Source: an uncultured Candidatus Saccharibacteria bacterium
GTDB lineage: Bacteria > Patescibacteriota > Saccharimonadia > Saccharimonadales > JACQNP01
DNA: 64,000 nucleotides
Reading direction: 5' to 3'
Assembly: GCA_964590725.1 (NCBI GenBank)
Contig: CAZPWF010000001.1
Span: 23,937 to 87,936, forward strand
Part shown: positions 21,801 to 29,648 of the stretch, piece by piece
Layout: every line of letters starts with the position of its first letter
Position numbering within the stretch: the first letter of the stretch is position 1
Program-made: the position numbers and the translations under genes
The notes under the pieces: model-generated
The model's database searches: none
What the model was told of the DNA's origin: nothing
Seen by the model: only the letters and a program-made list of their open reading frames with translations

Positions 21801-21980
21801 TAAAATACGTATAGAATTACGAATAAAATATCTGGTGGTTTTGTTTACATAAGTAACTAACTTCTTAATATGCCGAGAAGCCGGTTTAACGTTTTTATTA
21901 ATCGTCAACCGTGCAGTCTTTATGATTTTTTTAGTCTGTTTTTTTACCCTCATACACCTTATTCTGCCTATCAAGCACAA
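15807..21980 (-). CDS. Giant (2057 aa) N-terminally anchored surface protein: basic cytoplasmic N-tail, TM helix, LamG, about 14 tandem ~50-aa propeller-like repeats, second LamG, multiple Fn3/Ig-like domains
   Basis: Single uninterrupted ORF. TM helix IIHSIALGIYFLMVGMYIFG near residue 110. LamG motif W-HHIAATYDG-TMKIYIDG...IDEVRISN. Fn3-like motifs (YYFVAKWTDEDGN, YYYKIVTYDGEGN). No C-terminal anchor. Start ambiguous (TTG 21980, ATG 21953, or ATG 21710). Confidence 0.8.
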   Translation of the reverse strand: MCLIGRIRCMRVKKQTKKIIKTARLTINKNVKPASRHIKKLVTYVNKTTRYFIRNSIRILRAGYKRLRLYAFRTALLLHRYFAKKPHVYFMTRSAGYKRWHSWDKHKIIHSIALGIYFLMVGMYIFGSYSKTLAVSDLFDNWNFSNPSDYSLGSGVEISGGSTRLKALNYTDDANTAALYHMDESSGSVVSDSSSNNNNGVASNSSFVAGNLNNAIDLNGTTSKVAVPDSASLSLTQQNTLEAWTKHRNNFSAGSTSQRQVVADKGEYQLYYDNETGKVTYELADSAANSWSQAGGNDTNNGWDQNGKRSVNAYVKMGSDVYAAIGADVGDAEVWRWNGTTWTKIGGGPTSINNSWSNQTYEGAYALTTDGTNIYAGLGSTAGDAEVWRWNGTTWTKIGGDAISGSWAIGTFETVWSLNFYSGNLYVGLGSSASDADVWRYNGSTWAQIGGDGFNGGWAAGYENVASLTNDGTNLYAGLGASANDAEVWRWNGTTWTKIGGDSTNSGWTVNYETVRSLAYAGGTLYAGLGDTTTDAEVWSWNGTVWSQIGGDGLSSSWNTNYEYVSSLTSNGTDVYAGLGSGDGDGEVWKLNSGTWSQIGGDGISNSWATALGDSVNALLIDGTTLYAGTIDGAGTGLAYTYNGSAWTQIGGNHVNKSWGYYGAASVRVTQVVGSYMYAGLGDASGSALVWQFDGSTWQLIGGQGVNGSWAANTYEQVMSMSSYNNKLYVGLGTGANDAEVWEWNGSSWTQVGGDSLNTGWLANYEEVSAMASYGGYLYAGIGSSANDAEVWRYNGSVWSKIGGDSTNSGWTTNYDRVSSMTFYNGKLVVGLGATSGEAEVWEWSGSTWSKIGGDAISGSWAVSGYEQVETLIPGKDKLYAGLGNSADDAEIWEYNGSSWSKIGGDDVNTSWTAGTYERVKTMAMYNGDLLVGLGASAGDSEIWKYNGSSWSRIGGNSVNGSWTNVIEEVESMSVYKGKVYAGVGQSANSDAGVWSWGNNGYLESTTSSFNTSWHHIAATYDGATMKIYIDGALDSSVAASITMPDSQKELLLGAGYSGRETGRAVGKFDGQIDEVRISNTARSLFTSKPFSTTPQTVTLDTPVRQSGVWHWDGLASNETTNGGSITYRLSDDGGSTWKFWNGSAWSVSASTAEANPISVTNSNIFTFPVTFAGIKWQAVLSGNGTQQVALNSLDLSATSDYDEPSANVNNLTASKVSGGTLLAQNDWTNGGSPYFSWDSATDAQSGIKGYCLYLGNDNTADPVSTKGLLGTSPVTTGGNCQFIVDSLDIDTGISGYLATPLATSDNPYYLRIKAIDNAGNTTTGTAQFHIRFDNTPPSNPGYVTSPSGFVNNKEVELTWPTSGGNAPNDPNSGLAGLQYKIGSTDWYGDTHSGLGDIDDLLANDGSYTTIDPTDFNNLVEGVNTVYFRTWDQAGNVTSNYVTAAIKVNTSGSPSEPQSLNASPSSNIINSFSFDWDPPTTFVGDVNNLTYCYTINTLPSPSTCTFTSGGITSLGAGPYATQPGSNTFYVAARDESNNINYSSYATTTFMANTPSPGLTLNTDIVDVSIKSTSNWRLALTWDPPTYVGAGIASYKIYRSTDNSFYTFVGSSSSTTYIDAGLTQQRYYYYITACDSTNNCGANSSSVNAFPTGKFTTSAQLIAEPSVSSVTTKRAKVSWSTDRASDSKIAIGTSSGVYGQSEVSKSAQESSHTIDLDNLSAGTTYYFVAKWTDEDGNTGVSQEYSFTTSPAPTLKEIGSERITLSSATIRFTSRESYKADIVYGASESFGGVVSLNTAPTESTYTANLQNLTDGTKYYYKIVTYDGEGNKYDGSIFSFTTPARPKISNLRFQPIDGEPTSTQRVTWNTNVSSNSTVSYGRVGSVGIDVHSSNMVTEHEVVIRDMEDDAEYFLVAQSRDSDGNLATSDQQVFHTALDTRAPEVYDVTVESSVRGTGAEARGQIVISWRTDEPSTSQVAFSEGSNVTSFNNKTAEDTAHATEHIVIVSDLPTSRVYTVKPVSRDKANNAGTGESQTAIIGRASDSVLTIVFNTLKKVFGY
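18996..21020 (-). repeat. Tandem array of ~150-bp (50-aa) intragenic repeats encoding consensus YAGLG-x4-DAEVW-R/E-WNG-T/S-x-W-T/S-KIGGD-x3-N/S-x-W-x3-YE-x-V-x-S
   Basis: 13-14 consecutive repeat units read directly in the translation (residues ~321-995 of the giant ORF). The periodicity also produces the spurious plus-strand shadow ORFs in this interval. Confidence 0.75.
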
Positions 21981-22099
21981 TCTATTAGGAATTATATCAA
22001 ATTTTGAACAAACAGTTTATGTTTATCCACAGTATTTACAAAGGTAGATAACTAGTTCCAAGTTACGCATAAATAATAAAACCTGTGGCCAGGCAACGT

Positions 22100-24694
22100 T
22101 TATTGAATAAACTTCTTTCTATTGTTTTTCGATTCTCTAAGGAGCACCAAAGGTTTAACAATACTTGCAATGTGTTGTGGGCTAGATAGGCGCTTGATCT
22201 CCTTTTGTGAAATATAATTGCGATGTGCTAACCCTAACAACATCAGACCTCCAAGAACTGTAATAATTATTGTGTTTAAGCTCAAGTTTTGTGTTTTGTT
22301 AGCTCCCGGCGGTTGAGCAGCATTTGTAGAACCAACAATATCCATAGATGACGAAAGTTGACTGTTAATGTTTGTTAATTTGCCATCTTTGGCTACAACA
22401 GGTGCTGCCGTATTTTTACTTCCTGACGCATCGTCTTGCCAAACACGATAAAAATCAACATCCAGAACTGATGTACCCGCACCCGCATCCCAGTCCGCCT
22501 TCAAGAAAGAGGTCATGCCGGCAGTATTAATGTTAGCCGTATTGCCCGTACCGCACTCCGTGAAGTTAACACCATCGGAAACATCGCCATCGATGTAAAA
22601 TTTAACCAATGAAGTGGACATGACTTTTATCATCAATAGAGCATACTGGGTCTCGCTAACAGCGACACTGCATGCTGTGTTTGTGACAGCAGCGCCATTG
22701 TCAGTCACAGCGTACCAGTTAGCAGTACCTGTTACACCGGCAGCATCACTAGCATTACTAAAATAGATACCATTTGTCGGTGCACCACTAGCCGGGACCG
22801 CATCACCAAATCCATCTGCCATACCAGCAAAGAACTGATGGTTCGTATCATGACCACCTGCACCAGTAACCGATGCCCTAACTTTCATGAGAATTGTTGG
22901 CAAGTTGTCGGCATCAAGCCATAAGTTTGTGGTTGCAGCACCTAAATCAGAGTGATACAAAGAACAATAGTCAGCTGTAGTTGTAGCAATAATCTGCGTG
23001 ATGCCGTTAACAGTATCGGGAAGGCCATTCCAAGTACATGCTCCGGTCATTCCTGTAGTCCATTCCGTATTGTCGCCCCAGTTTTGATTACCGTCCACAG
23101 CAACTTGAGCACGATCTTTAAAAAATTCGTCTACATACATCGAGTTGTAACCTATGAACGCACCAGCCTCTACGGATGCACCAAAGTTTGTTGAGTGATC
23201 TTGTACACGAACCAGACTATTACCAGCCGAGTCAACAACACTCAAAATTGCCGTATTGTCAGTAGCCCCAAGACGTATTGTCGGTGTTGGGTCATCAAAG
23301 TTAAGTCCTCGATCCCAGCCCGCACCAATATTAATTGCAGTTGACGTAATGGTTGCGCCAGGGTCGGTCACGGCACCCAAAGATAGACCATTAACTATGT
23401 CTGTGCCTGCAGCGTTTGTTGGCGAAAAGGCCGAAACAGACATAGCATTATATGTCAGGGCGTCCGTAGCTCCACCGGTATAACTAGGCGTGACTACTAG
23501 TGCATTATCTGAAGCATTAGTTACGGTTGAATTAATGGTTAGAGTTCCTGTGCCCGCAGACATGGCGACATCCTGGTTTGCGGCCACAGTAACGCCTCCA
23601 TTTGCATTAAGGACTCCAGCCAATGTCAACGCTCCAGTAGAAGCGACGAAGTCGGTGCCAGTATTTCCTATATTAGTAAGTATATTGGTGTTAGCATCTA
23701 CTGTACCTGACAACGTGTGTGCACCAACAGTATCAGAAGCAGAGTCAAAGGTAATGCCTCCGTTTGCGGCCACTGCGGATGCAAAAGTAGCACCTGCACC
23801 GGTAAAAGTAGTAGTACTAGCTGTACCTATAGTTGCAGTGGTAGTTATGTTACCCTCTACAGCTAGGCTGGCCACACCAGCGCCAGCATTAGTAACTGTA
23901 AATGTGGAACTTGCAGCATTATTCAAGTCAAAGGTGAAGGCCGTGCCAGATTTCTGCAAAGTTGTAGTATTGGCACCTAGTACGATAGTCCCAGATCCTG
24001 AATCCAGTGTTAAGGTGCGCGTCGCACCTACAGAATTAAGAGTCACGGCGGCTTCATTAACCGCCGGTCCAGTAACTTGCAAAATATTGGTGCCATTTGC
24101 AGTTTGTACGTTTAATATATCGGCAGTAGCCGAACCGAAAGATGTTTGCTTAACTATAGCTGTGGTTATATTTGTTGTTGGCTGCAGGGTATTGGTACCT
24201 GTCCAAATCTGGTTTGAAGCTAATTGACCAAATGCGGTTGAGTTTATCCCATCCAAGGTATCGCTATTGAAGGCGTAGGGTGCAGCTGTGAACTGAATTC
24301 TAGGAGTCATCTCTGCATCAGCACCAACTTTTACACCTAAATAAAGAGGGGAGGAGTTAAAATCAACACTTCCTGGCAATGCAGTACTACTGCCTAAAGA
24401 AACCTGAAATATTCCATCAGAAACGCTAACTGACCCTTGAGTTTCTTCCCACTTACAACTATTAGCTACACAAGCATTTGCTGCGTCATTCGATACATGA
24501 TCATAAATTCTAAATCTAAGTGAATAAGTACCGTCGGTAACATTGGTACCATCGGGATTGGTTAATTTGCCCTGAAAATTAATTTGGGCATTAATAGCAC
24601 CCTGTACCCGAGATTGCATAGCAACAGGGAACAGAACTACGGCACCAAATGCCGCCAATATAAAAACCCTCCGTAGAAAACTTCGCATAAACAT
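22100..24694 (-). CDS. Large (864 aa) secreted, C-terminally membrane-anchored surface protein; Thr/Ala/Gly/Asn-rich central region and C-terminal concanavalin/LamG-like jelly-roll
   Basis: N-terminal signal peptide (FILAAFGAVVLFPVAMQS). Long low-complexity T/A/G/V region. C-terminal FYIDGDV...VDFYRVW block. Terminal TM helix IIITVLGGLMLLGLA followed by a basic tail. Confidence 0.7.
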   Translation of the reverse strand: MFMRSFLRRVFILAAFGAVVLFPVAMQSRVQGAINAQINFQGKLTNPDGTNVTDGTYSLRFRIYDHVSNDAANACVANSCKWEETQGSVSVSDGIFQVSLGSSTALPGSVDFNSSPLYLGVKVGADAEMTPRIQFTAAPYAFNSDTLDGINSTAFGQLASNQIWTGTNTLQPTTNITTAIVKQTSFGSATADILNVQTANGTNILQVTGPAVNEAAVTLNSVGATRTLTLDSGSGTIVLGANTTTLQKSGTAFTFDLNNAASSTFTVTNAGAGVASLAVEGNITTTATIGTASTTTFTGAGATFASAVAANGGITFDSASDTVGAHTLSGTVDANTNILTNIGNTGTDFVASTGALTLAGVLNANGGVTVAANQDVAMSAGTGTLTINSTVTNASDNALVVTPSYTGGATDALTYNAMSVSAFSPTNAAGTDIVNGLSLGAVTDPGATITSTAINIGAGWDRGLNFDDPTPTIRLGATDNTAILSVVDSAGNSLVRVQDHSTNFGASVEAGAFIGYNSMYVDEFFKDRAQVAVDGNQNWGDNTEWTTGMTGACTWNGLPDTVNGITQIIATTTADYCSLYHSDLGAATTNLWLDADNLPTILMKVRASVTGAGGHDTNHQFFAGMADGFGDAVPASGAPTNGIYFSNASDAAGVTGTANWYAVTDNGAAVTNTACSVAVSETQYALLMIKVMSTSLVKFYIDGDVSDGVNFTECGTGNTANINTAGMTSFLKADWDAGAGTSVLDVDFYRVWQDDASGSKNTAAPVVAKDGKLTNINSQLSSSMDIVGSTNAAQPPGANKTQNLSLNTIIITVLGGLMLLGLAHRNYISQKEIKRLSSPQHIASIVKPLVLLRESKNNRKKFIQ

Positions 24695-24702
24695 CTACAG
24701 AT

Positions 24703-24716
24703 ATAATTATATCAGA
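24703..24716 (-). promoter_or_regulatory. Candidate extended -10 promoter (TGaTATAAT) giving a near-leaderless transcript for the 864-aa gene
   Basis: The minus strand reads cTGaTATAATtat about 11 nt upstream of the ATG at 24694. No SD sequence intervenes. Confidence 0.3.
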
Positions 24717-24732
24717 TTAATAGAGATAGCGC

Positions 24733-25749
24733 TCAAGCTTTTGGTGAGTTTTTTTGTTTATTTTTTGGGGCAATAATGTCCATAGCCTTTGGAGACTCTT
24801 TGGTCTTGGGTTTCTTTACTGATTTTGATTTATTTTTTAACTTCAGTAATATTTTTTTAATCCGTTTACGACAGAGGTAAATAACCACTAAAACTGTTAC
24901 GGTAAATATTATAAACTGGTAAGGAACGACTAATATTTTTTTACTAAATACAGATTGTTGGGGGTCGCCATTGTAACGATATTGCGCCAAATACATATAT
25001 ATGCCAGGTAGCCAACTTTGTTGAGTTTTTTGAAAATCACCCTTAAAACTCAATTCATTTTCTGGGAATATCGGTAGCGACCCTTCATTAATCACAGTTT
25101 TGGCATACACTTTGTTGCCATTCACAAAAGAAATTACAGCACGAGGGATTACAGCGATATTGCCTTTGTTTGCAAGCGTCAACGAAGTTGAATCAGGTAA
25201 TCTAAACATTATCTTGGGCAATTGTGGATCTTTTAATTCCAGTTTTCGAATTGCTCCATCCTCTTTAACGACATATGTAATGACATTAATAGCTGGTTGC
25301 AGACCGATGGATTTTTGTGAATCTGTCACTTGCTTGATAAGCAGTGATCCGTAATGTCCGCCGGGTGATAACTTATCATTATTACGCACTAACATCTTTA
25401 TATTGATCGACTGCTTGGGCTGAAGCGTAATATCGGTTTGCGATAGTGTTACTACATCGGACAATTCTTTACTTGGCTCGGACGTAGGGGTCAAGCGCCC
25501 ATCTTGTATATCAACCCCATACATGCCCGCATTAAGGCGAATGGTAGTGTCAAAGTTATTTCTTATACTCACCACCTCTTCGCTATTCGGGTTTTTATTA
25601 CTAACCGATATGGTTATATTAGCTGGCGACACTGTAATGCCACTACTTGGATTTGCAAAAACTTTGCCGCCTAAAAATAAAAAGCAAAATAAACAAAAAA
25701 CAACCAATGACAGTTTAATCGGTTTTAGTTGAGTCTTGTTCAACAACAT
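24733..25749 (-). CDS. Cell-surface protein with signal peptide, beta-rich ectodomain, C-terminal TM and Lys-rich tail (DUF916/DUF3324-like, CscA-like architecture)
   Basis: 338 aa. Signal peptide LSLVVFCLFCFLFLGG. C-terminal helix FIIFTVTVLVVIYL followed by RKRIKKILLKLKNKSK. Paralog of the next gene. Confidence 0.5.
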   Translation of the reverse strand: MLLNKTQLKPIKLSLVVFCLFCFLFLGGKVFANPSSGITVSPANITISVSNKNPNSEEVVSIRNNFDTTIRLNAGMYGVDIQDGRLTPTSEPSKELSDVVTLSQTDITLQPKQSINIKMLVRNNDKLSPGGHYGSLLIKQVTDSQKSIGLQPAINVITYVVKEDGAIRKLELKDPQLPKIMFRLPDSTSLTLANKGNIAVIPRAVISFVNGNKVYAKTVINEGSLPIFPENELSFKGDFQKTQQSWLPGIYMYLAQYRYNGDPQQSVFSKKILVVPYQFIIFTVTVLVVIYLCRKRIKKILLKLKNKSKSVKKPKTKESPKAMDIIAPKNKQKNSPKA

Positions 25750-26806
25750 GCTTAGTTGCTTTCTTGTTTTTGATAGTCTTCAGGGGTTTACGCACAATTG
25801 TGACAATTCCTGTAATAAGTATGCCTAGTAAAACGAGGCATACAATTATGAACTTCCAGGGAATTATCCAGAAACTTACCTCTGCCTCGACAGGCACGTC
25901 TCGTTGACCGTCATTATAAACCGCAACCAACTTGGCGTAATATTTTCCGTATCGTAGATGTTGCACTCTAGACCAATCCCATTTGAGAGATTTTGATTGA
26001 CCTTCTTGTACTTGTCCTTCCTTTACATAAACAGGAAAGCCGTCAGACCAATCGACAGGGAATGTGCGGCTAGTTTCAGGCAGCATATATCCTCCAGCAT
26101 CATTAAGTTTTAGTACGCTTATCGGTTGACTCGAACTTGCGGTGCGCTGTATGAATATATTGCCGAAAGGCCTAACGATAGTATTGCCAGTATTTTTTAG
26201 TTTTACCGTAAAGTCCACAGGCAAATATTCATAAACCCTTCTACTAGAGCTAAACTCTGATATTTCGAACTTACGTTGAACACCTGGTCGATCTACAGCC
26301 AGCAAGGTAAATACTGCCACAGAACCCTTTATTTTCGTTTTACCGTCGTTATTTACAGGTTCTTTATCCCTAGATATTACAATTGTAAAATTATAACTAA
26401 ATCCAACTGTTTCAGGTGGATTGATAATGAGTTTTTCCGTAAATGATGCACCGGGTTCAACCATGAAAGTTGGGTCAGATAGTTTAATCCAGTCTTTAAC
26501 ATCATCGGGATATTCGTCTGTAAGCTCTACTTCGCCTGAGTTATTTATATTAAACTTCTTTAGATCGGCGCGCAGTTCTTCTTTTCTGGTGCCAGTATTT
26601 CGAACCGTAAACTCAATTGTGCGACTCACGCCAGGTTTAATTGCATCGATTATAGGCGAAGGGGTAACCTGAATAGAAAATGCGCCTTCATCAGTCTGGG
26701 CATTACTTGCTAGCGGAATAGCTAACAAAATAATCAGCAAGAAAAAGCTAGCAAAGATTACGCTAAAACGATGTAAAAATAAGCGGTTATGTTCTCTCAT
26801 GTGCAA
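25715..26806 (-). CDS. Paralogous cell-surface protein (signal peptide, ectodomain, C-terminal TM, Lys-rich tail), DUF916/DUF3324-like
   Basis: 363 aa. Same architecture and similar length as 24733-25749. C-terminal helix IIVCLVLLGILITGIV plus basic tail. Confidence 0.5.
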   Translation of the reverse strand: MHMREHNRLFLHRFSVIFASFFLLIILLAIPLASNAQTDEGAFSIQVTPSPIIDAIKPGVSRTIEFTVRNTGTRKEELRADLKKFNINNSGEVELTDEYPDDVKDWIKLSDPTFMVEPGASFTEKLIINPPETVGFSYNFTIVISRDKEPVNNDGKTKIKGSVAVFTLLAVDRPGVQRKFEISEFSSSRRVYEYLPVDFTVKLKNTGNTIVRPFGNIFIQRTASSSQPISVLKLNDAGGYMLPETSRTFPVDWSDGFPVYVKEGQVQEGQSKSLKWDWSRVQHLRYGKYYAKLVAVYNDGQRDVPVEAEVSFWIIPWKFIIVCLVLLGILITGIVTIVRKPLKTIKNKKATKHVVEQDSTKTD

Positions 26807-26873
26807 TCTTTAGTATAGCAAAAGCCGCTCGGTTAATAAGCGGCTTTTATGGATCTTTAATATTTTACTAATC

Positions 26874-27905
26874 TTAGAACAATCCAGCGCCAACTACAGT
26901 AATGGTATCGGCGTAGTCCGTAGCTGCTGGGGTTGCAGAGCTTATAGCAACGTGGTTGGTCATCGTAAGCACAGCTGTATTAGCAGTACCGTTAGAGGAT
27001 GCTAGAGTACGAAGTGAAGTATCGAGCCCACCACCTTGATTGGCTCCGTTTGCGAACGCGGCAGCGACGGATATCGTTCCAGTGCCGCCAACTTGACTAG
27101 AAGCAACGCCAGTGTTGTATCCCTCTGTGCCAGCACTCAATATACTGTTCGAACCAGGAGTAGTTGAAGCAATCGTTGCTGCAGCTGAAACAGAATTAAG
27201 TCCTGTGCTGGAATCTTTAGCCCAAACATACCAGCCATTCTTTGCGTTAGTATTTACAGTTGCGGTTCGCGGAGTTGGGCTGCTAGTAACAGACCCAGTG
27301 GCAAGCGTACCCAATGCATCCGTGTTACCACTAAGGGCAAAACTAAACGCTTGAGGCACTGTTGCGCTAACCACAATCTGATCATCGCTAATGCTAGCCG
27401 TCGCATAACTAGCTGTATCGATTACTGAAGGACCACTCTGTCTAGTGGTTACACTGCCAGTATTACTACTTGTAGCGCCGGCTTTAACGCTAACTGCTGC
27501 AGAGTTTGTCCAGTTAAAACAGTATAAGGTACCTACAACTAAGTCGCCGCTTGGGAAAGTTACAGTTTGCGAAACAGCTGCGGTGGCAGTATTAATACCA
27601 GGCCATGCTGATGCGCCTGAAGGCCAAGCCAAATTGGTCGTATCAACCGTCCAGTTTCCTACTGTAGTACTAACTGTATAACTAGCTGGGAAATCTACTT
27701 GAACATCTGCTTCAGTAGCGGCAGTTGCTGCTTTGGCACAAACCGTACCAGTCGTTGCAGTACTCACTTTCATCCGATCAAATCGAACGAACACTTGCGA
27801 GAGAGTTGCTGCTTGAGCGCTCCTTAATGAAATTGATAAAATAAGAGCGACTATTACGACCGCAATGCTAACACTAATTTTGTGTCTGGCTAAAGTTCTG
27901 AACAT
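26874..27905 (-). CDS. Secreted Thr/Ser/Ala-rich protein with conserved C-terminal domain (WxL-like candidate)
   Basis: 343 aa. Signal peptide. C-terminal block QAFSFALSGNTDALGTL...NGWYVWAKDSSTGLNSVS...ATDYADTITVVGAGLF shared with the downstream paralog. Confidence 0.45.
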   Translation of the reverse strand: MFRTLARHKISVSIAVVIVALILSISLRSAQAATLSQVFVRFDRMKVSTATTGTVCAKAATAATEADVQVDFPASYTVSTTVGNWTVDTTNLAWPSGASAWPGINTATAAVSQTVTFPSGDLVVGTLYCFNWTNSAAVSVKAGATSSNTGSVTTRQSGPSVIDTASYATASISDDQIVVSATVPQAFSFALSGNTDALGTLATGSVTSSPTPRTATVNTNAKNGWYVWAKDSSTGLNSVSAAATIASTTPGSNSILSAGTEGYNTGVASSQVGGTGTISVAAAFANGANQGGGLDTSLRTLASSNGTANTAVLTMTNHVAISSATPAATDYADTITVVGAGLF

Positions 27906-27983
27906 TACTTACCCCTTATAAAAATATATTGCTTAACCTTATACCCTACTAGTTTCTCAAACAGATACTAAAAAAGCAAACGC

Positions 27984-29048
27984 TTAAAATGCCATGGAAG
28001 CGATAAACGTAACGACATCTGCATAATCCGTAGCACTTGGTACAGTAATATCAGTCTTTGCCTTAAGAGTAACGGTCACAGCACCCGTAGTAACAGGAGA
28101 AGGTGTAGTTGCAATTGTCTGAAGAATAGTGGAAAGTGCTCCTACATTATCCGATACGCCATTAAACGGAGAAGTTGCAGTCATAGGTCCGCCGCTAGAC
28201 TGACTAGTATTGGTTACGACTGCACCATAGCCACTATTCGCCGATGAAAGATTGGCGGTGACGGAAGGTATAGATGACGCCCCAGCAAGAGAATTTAAGC
28301 CAGCATTGGCGTCTTTTACATATATTAATCCACCAGACAGAGCATTAGTGCTTAATGTTAGTACGCTATCTGCTCCTGCGTTAAACACGCTGCCAGGATT
28401 GAGACTAGAGAAACTTACTGATGGTGGCGGTCCAGAAGCTGGCGATGTTGTCACACTAAAGCTAATTGTCGGCGTCACAGTTGCAACACCAGAAGTCGCT
28501 GGCCCGTATTGTGTTTCCGTGAATGCTCCTTGCATAGCTTTTACCTTAACTTTATAGGTTGTGTTTGACGTTAGTCCAGTTATCCAGAATCCACTAGCCC
28601 CACCCCAGGATGCGTATGTCTGATAATCTGTCAGCGCAAGCGAAGCAGAGATACTGTTATCTGACTTGACGTACTGTGTACTCACGAAATTATCACTACT
28701 AATAGCGATAGCAAATTTTGTATCTGAAGGATTGCCGCCGTTATTTATAACTAACCTGAGTCTGATGTATTCATTATTACTAGGATTAGTTAACGTTGGT
28801 GCTGGCGGCACATTCGCATTTTTTGTAGGTTTTTCTCCTGAATCGACAATATAATTGCTAGAGGTAGAGGTCGAACCACTTTGGCCGCCAACTTCACCAT
28901 TAAGTCTATAATTAGAGCTAGACGAGCTTCCGCCACCACTACCACCTAGATCATATGACTTAAGTGTAAAGTTAGTGCTGTTAGGGCTAGTAGCGAAAAT
29001 ACTAGTAATAGTCAATAATGTTGCAGTTGTTACCCCTAAAAATGTCAT
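27984..29048 (-). CDS. Secreted Thr/Ser-rich protein with Fn3-like domain and the same conserved C-terminal domain (WxL-like candidate)
   Basis: 354 aa. Fn3-like PPAPTLTNPSNNEYIRLRL...TYKVKVKAMQG. C-terminal block TISFSVTT...GGLIYVKDANAGLNSLAG...ATDYADVVTFIASMAF parallels the upstream paralog. Confidence 0.45.
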   Translation of the reverse strand: MTFLGVTTATLLTITSIFATSPNSTNFTLKSYDLGGSGGGSSSSSNYRLNGEVGGQSGSTSTSSNYIVDSGEKPTKNANVPPAPTLTNPSNNEYIRLRLVINNGGNPSDTKFAIAISSDNFVSTQYVKSDNSISASLALTDYQTYASWGGASGFWITGLTSNTTYKVKVKAMQGAFTETQYGPATSGVATVTPTISFSVTTSPASGPPPSVSFSSLNPGSVFNAGADSVLTLSTNALSGGLIYVKDANAGLNSLAGASSIPSVTANLSSANSGYGAVVTNTSQSSGGPMTATSPFNGVSDNVGALSTILQTIATTPSPVTTGAVTVTLKAKTDITVPSATDYADVVTFIASMAF

Positions 29049-29063
29049 ACGAGTAAAATTATA

Positions 29064-29648
29064 TCACTCAACATGCCATTGCCATGATTTAAGAATTAGC
29101 TTTATTTGATTTGAAATTTCAGTAGATCTATCAGTAGTTCCAGACATAACCACCGCCGCATAATGACTACCATGTGGCACAAATACGCTTATCTCATAAT
29201 CTCCAGTCTGCTTTTCAAACACCCTAGATCCTTCACTAAATGCTTCGCCAATTATTTCGTTATAATCTGTACTATTACGAGTGCGGAGATGCACATCAGA
29301 CAGTCCGTTAAGTCCTTCCTGAGTAAGTGTGCCGATTGTTATGCCTAACTGGTCTTTGATAGGCGCATCTGACAAACTGCTTTTATTAGCATAGAACAAC
29401 TGCAGCAATGTATTGCCGTGAATCGTTTTATTTTGGCTTTTTTGAACAAAGTTACTAGGTATATATGTGGAAAAGTAGTCGTTATTTAACTCATTGTATG
29501 TTTGAGTGGAAACTGCACCCTCAACAGCTGATTCTGGTGATTTTGAAACCGAAGGTTCCGCGGCCCACTTAAATGCGTATAACCCTAAGGCACATAAAAA
29601 TATCATCGAGAATGATAATCCTGCAACAAATTTCTTATTTTTTAACAC
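29064..29648 (-). CDS. Hypothetical signal-anchored secreted protein
   Basis: 194 aa. N-terminal hydrophobic helix. No motifs. Confidence 0.45.
   Translation of the reverse strand: MLKNKKFVAGLSFSMIFLCALGLYAFKWAAEPSVSKSPESAVEGAVSTQTYNELNNDYFSTYIPSNFVQKSQNKTIHGNTLLQLFYANKSSLSDAPIKDQLGITIGTLTQEGLNGLSDVHLRTRNSTDYNEIIGEAFSEGSRVFEKQTGDYEISVFVPHGSHYAAVVMSGTTDRSTEISNQIKLILKSWQWHVE

Noticed and set aside
22952-24227. Plus-strand ORFs up to 245 aa (23490-24227) inside the 864-aa gene
   Set aside because: Antisense to a much longer ORF with signal peptide and anchor. The Ala/Val/Pro-rich translations are typical antisense artefacts of a Thr/Ala/Gly-rich gene.
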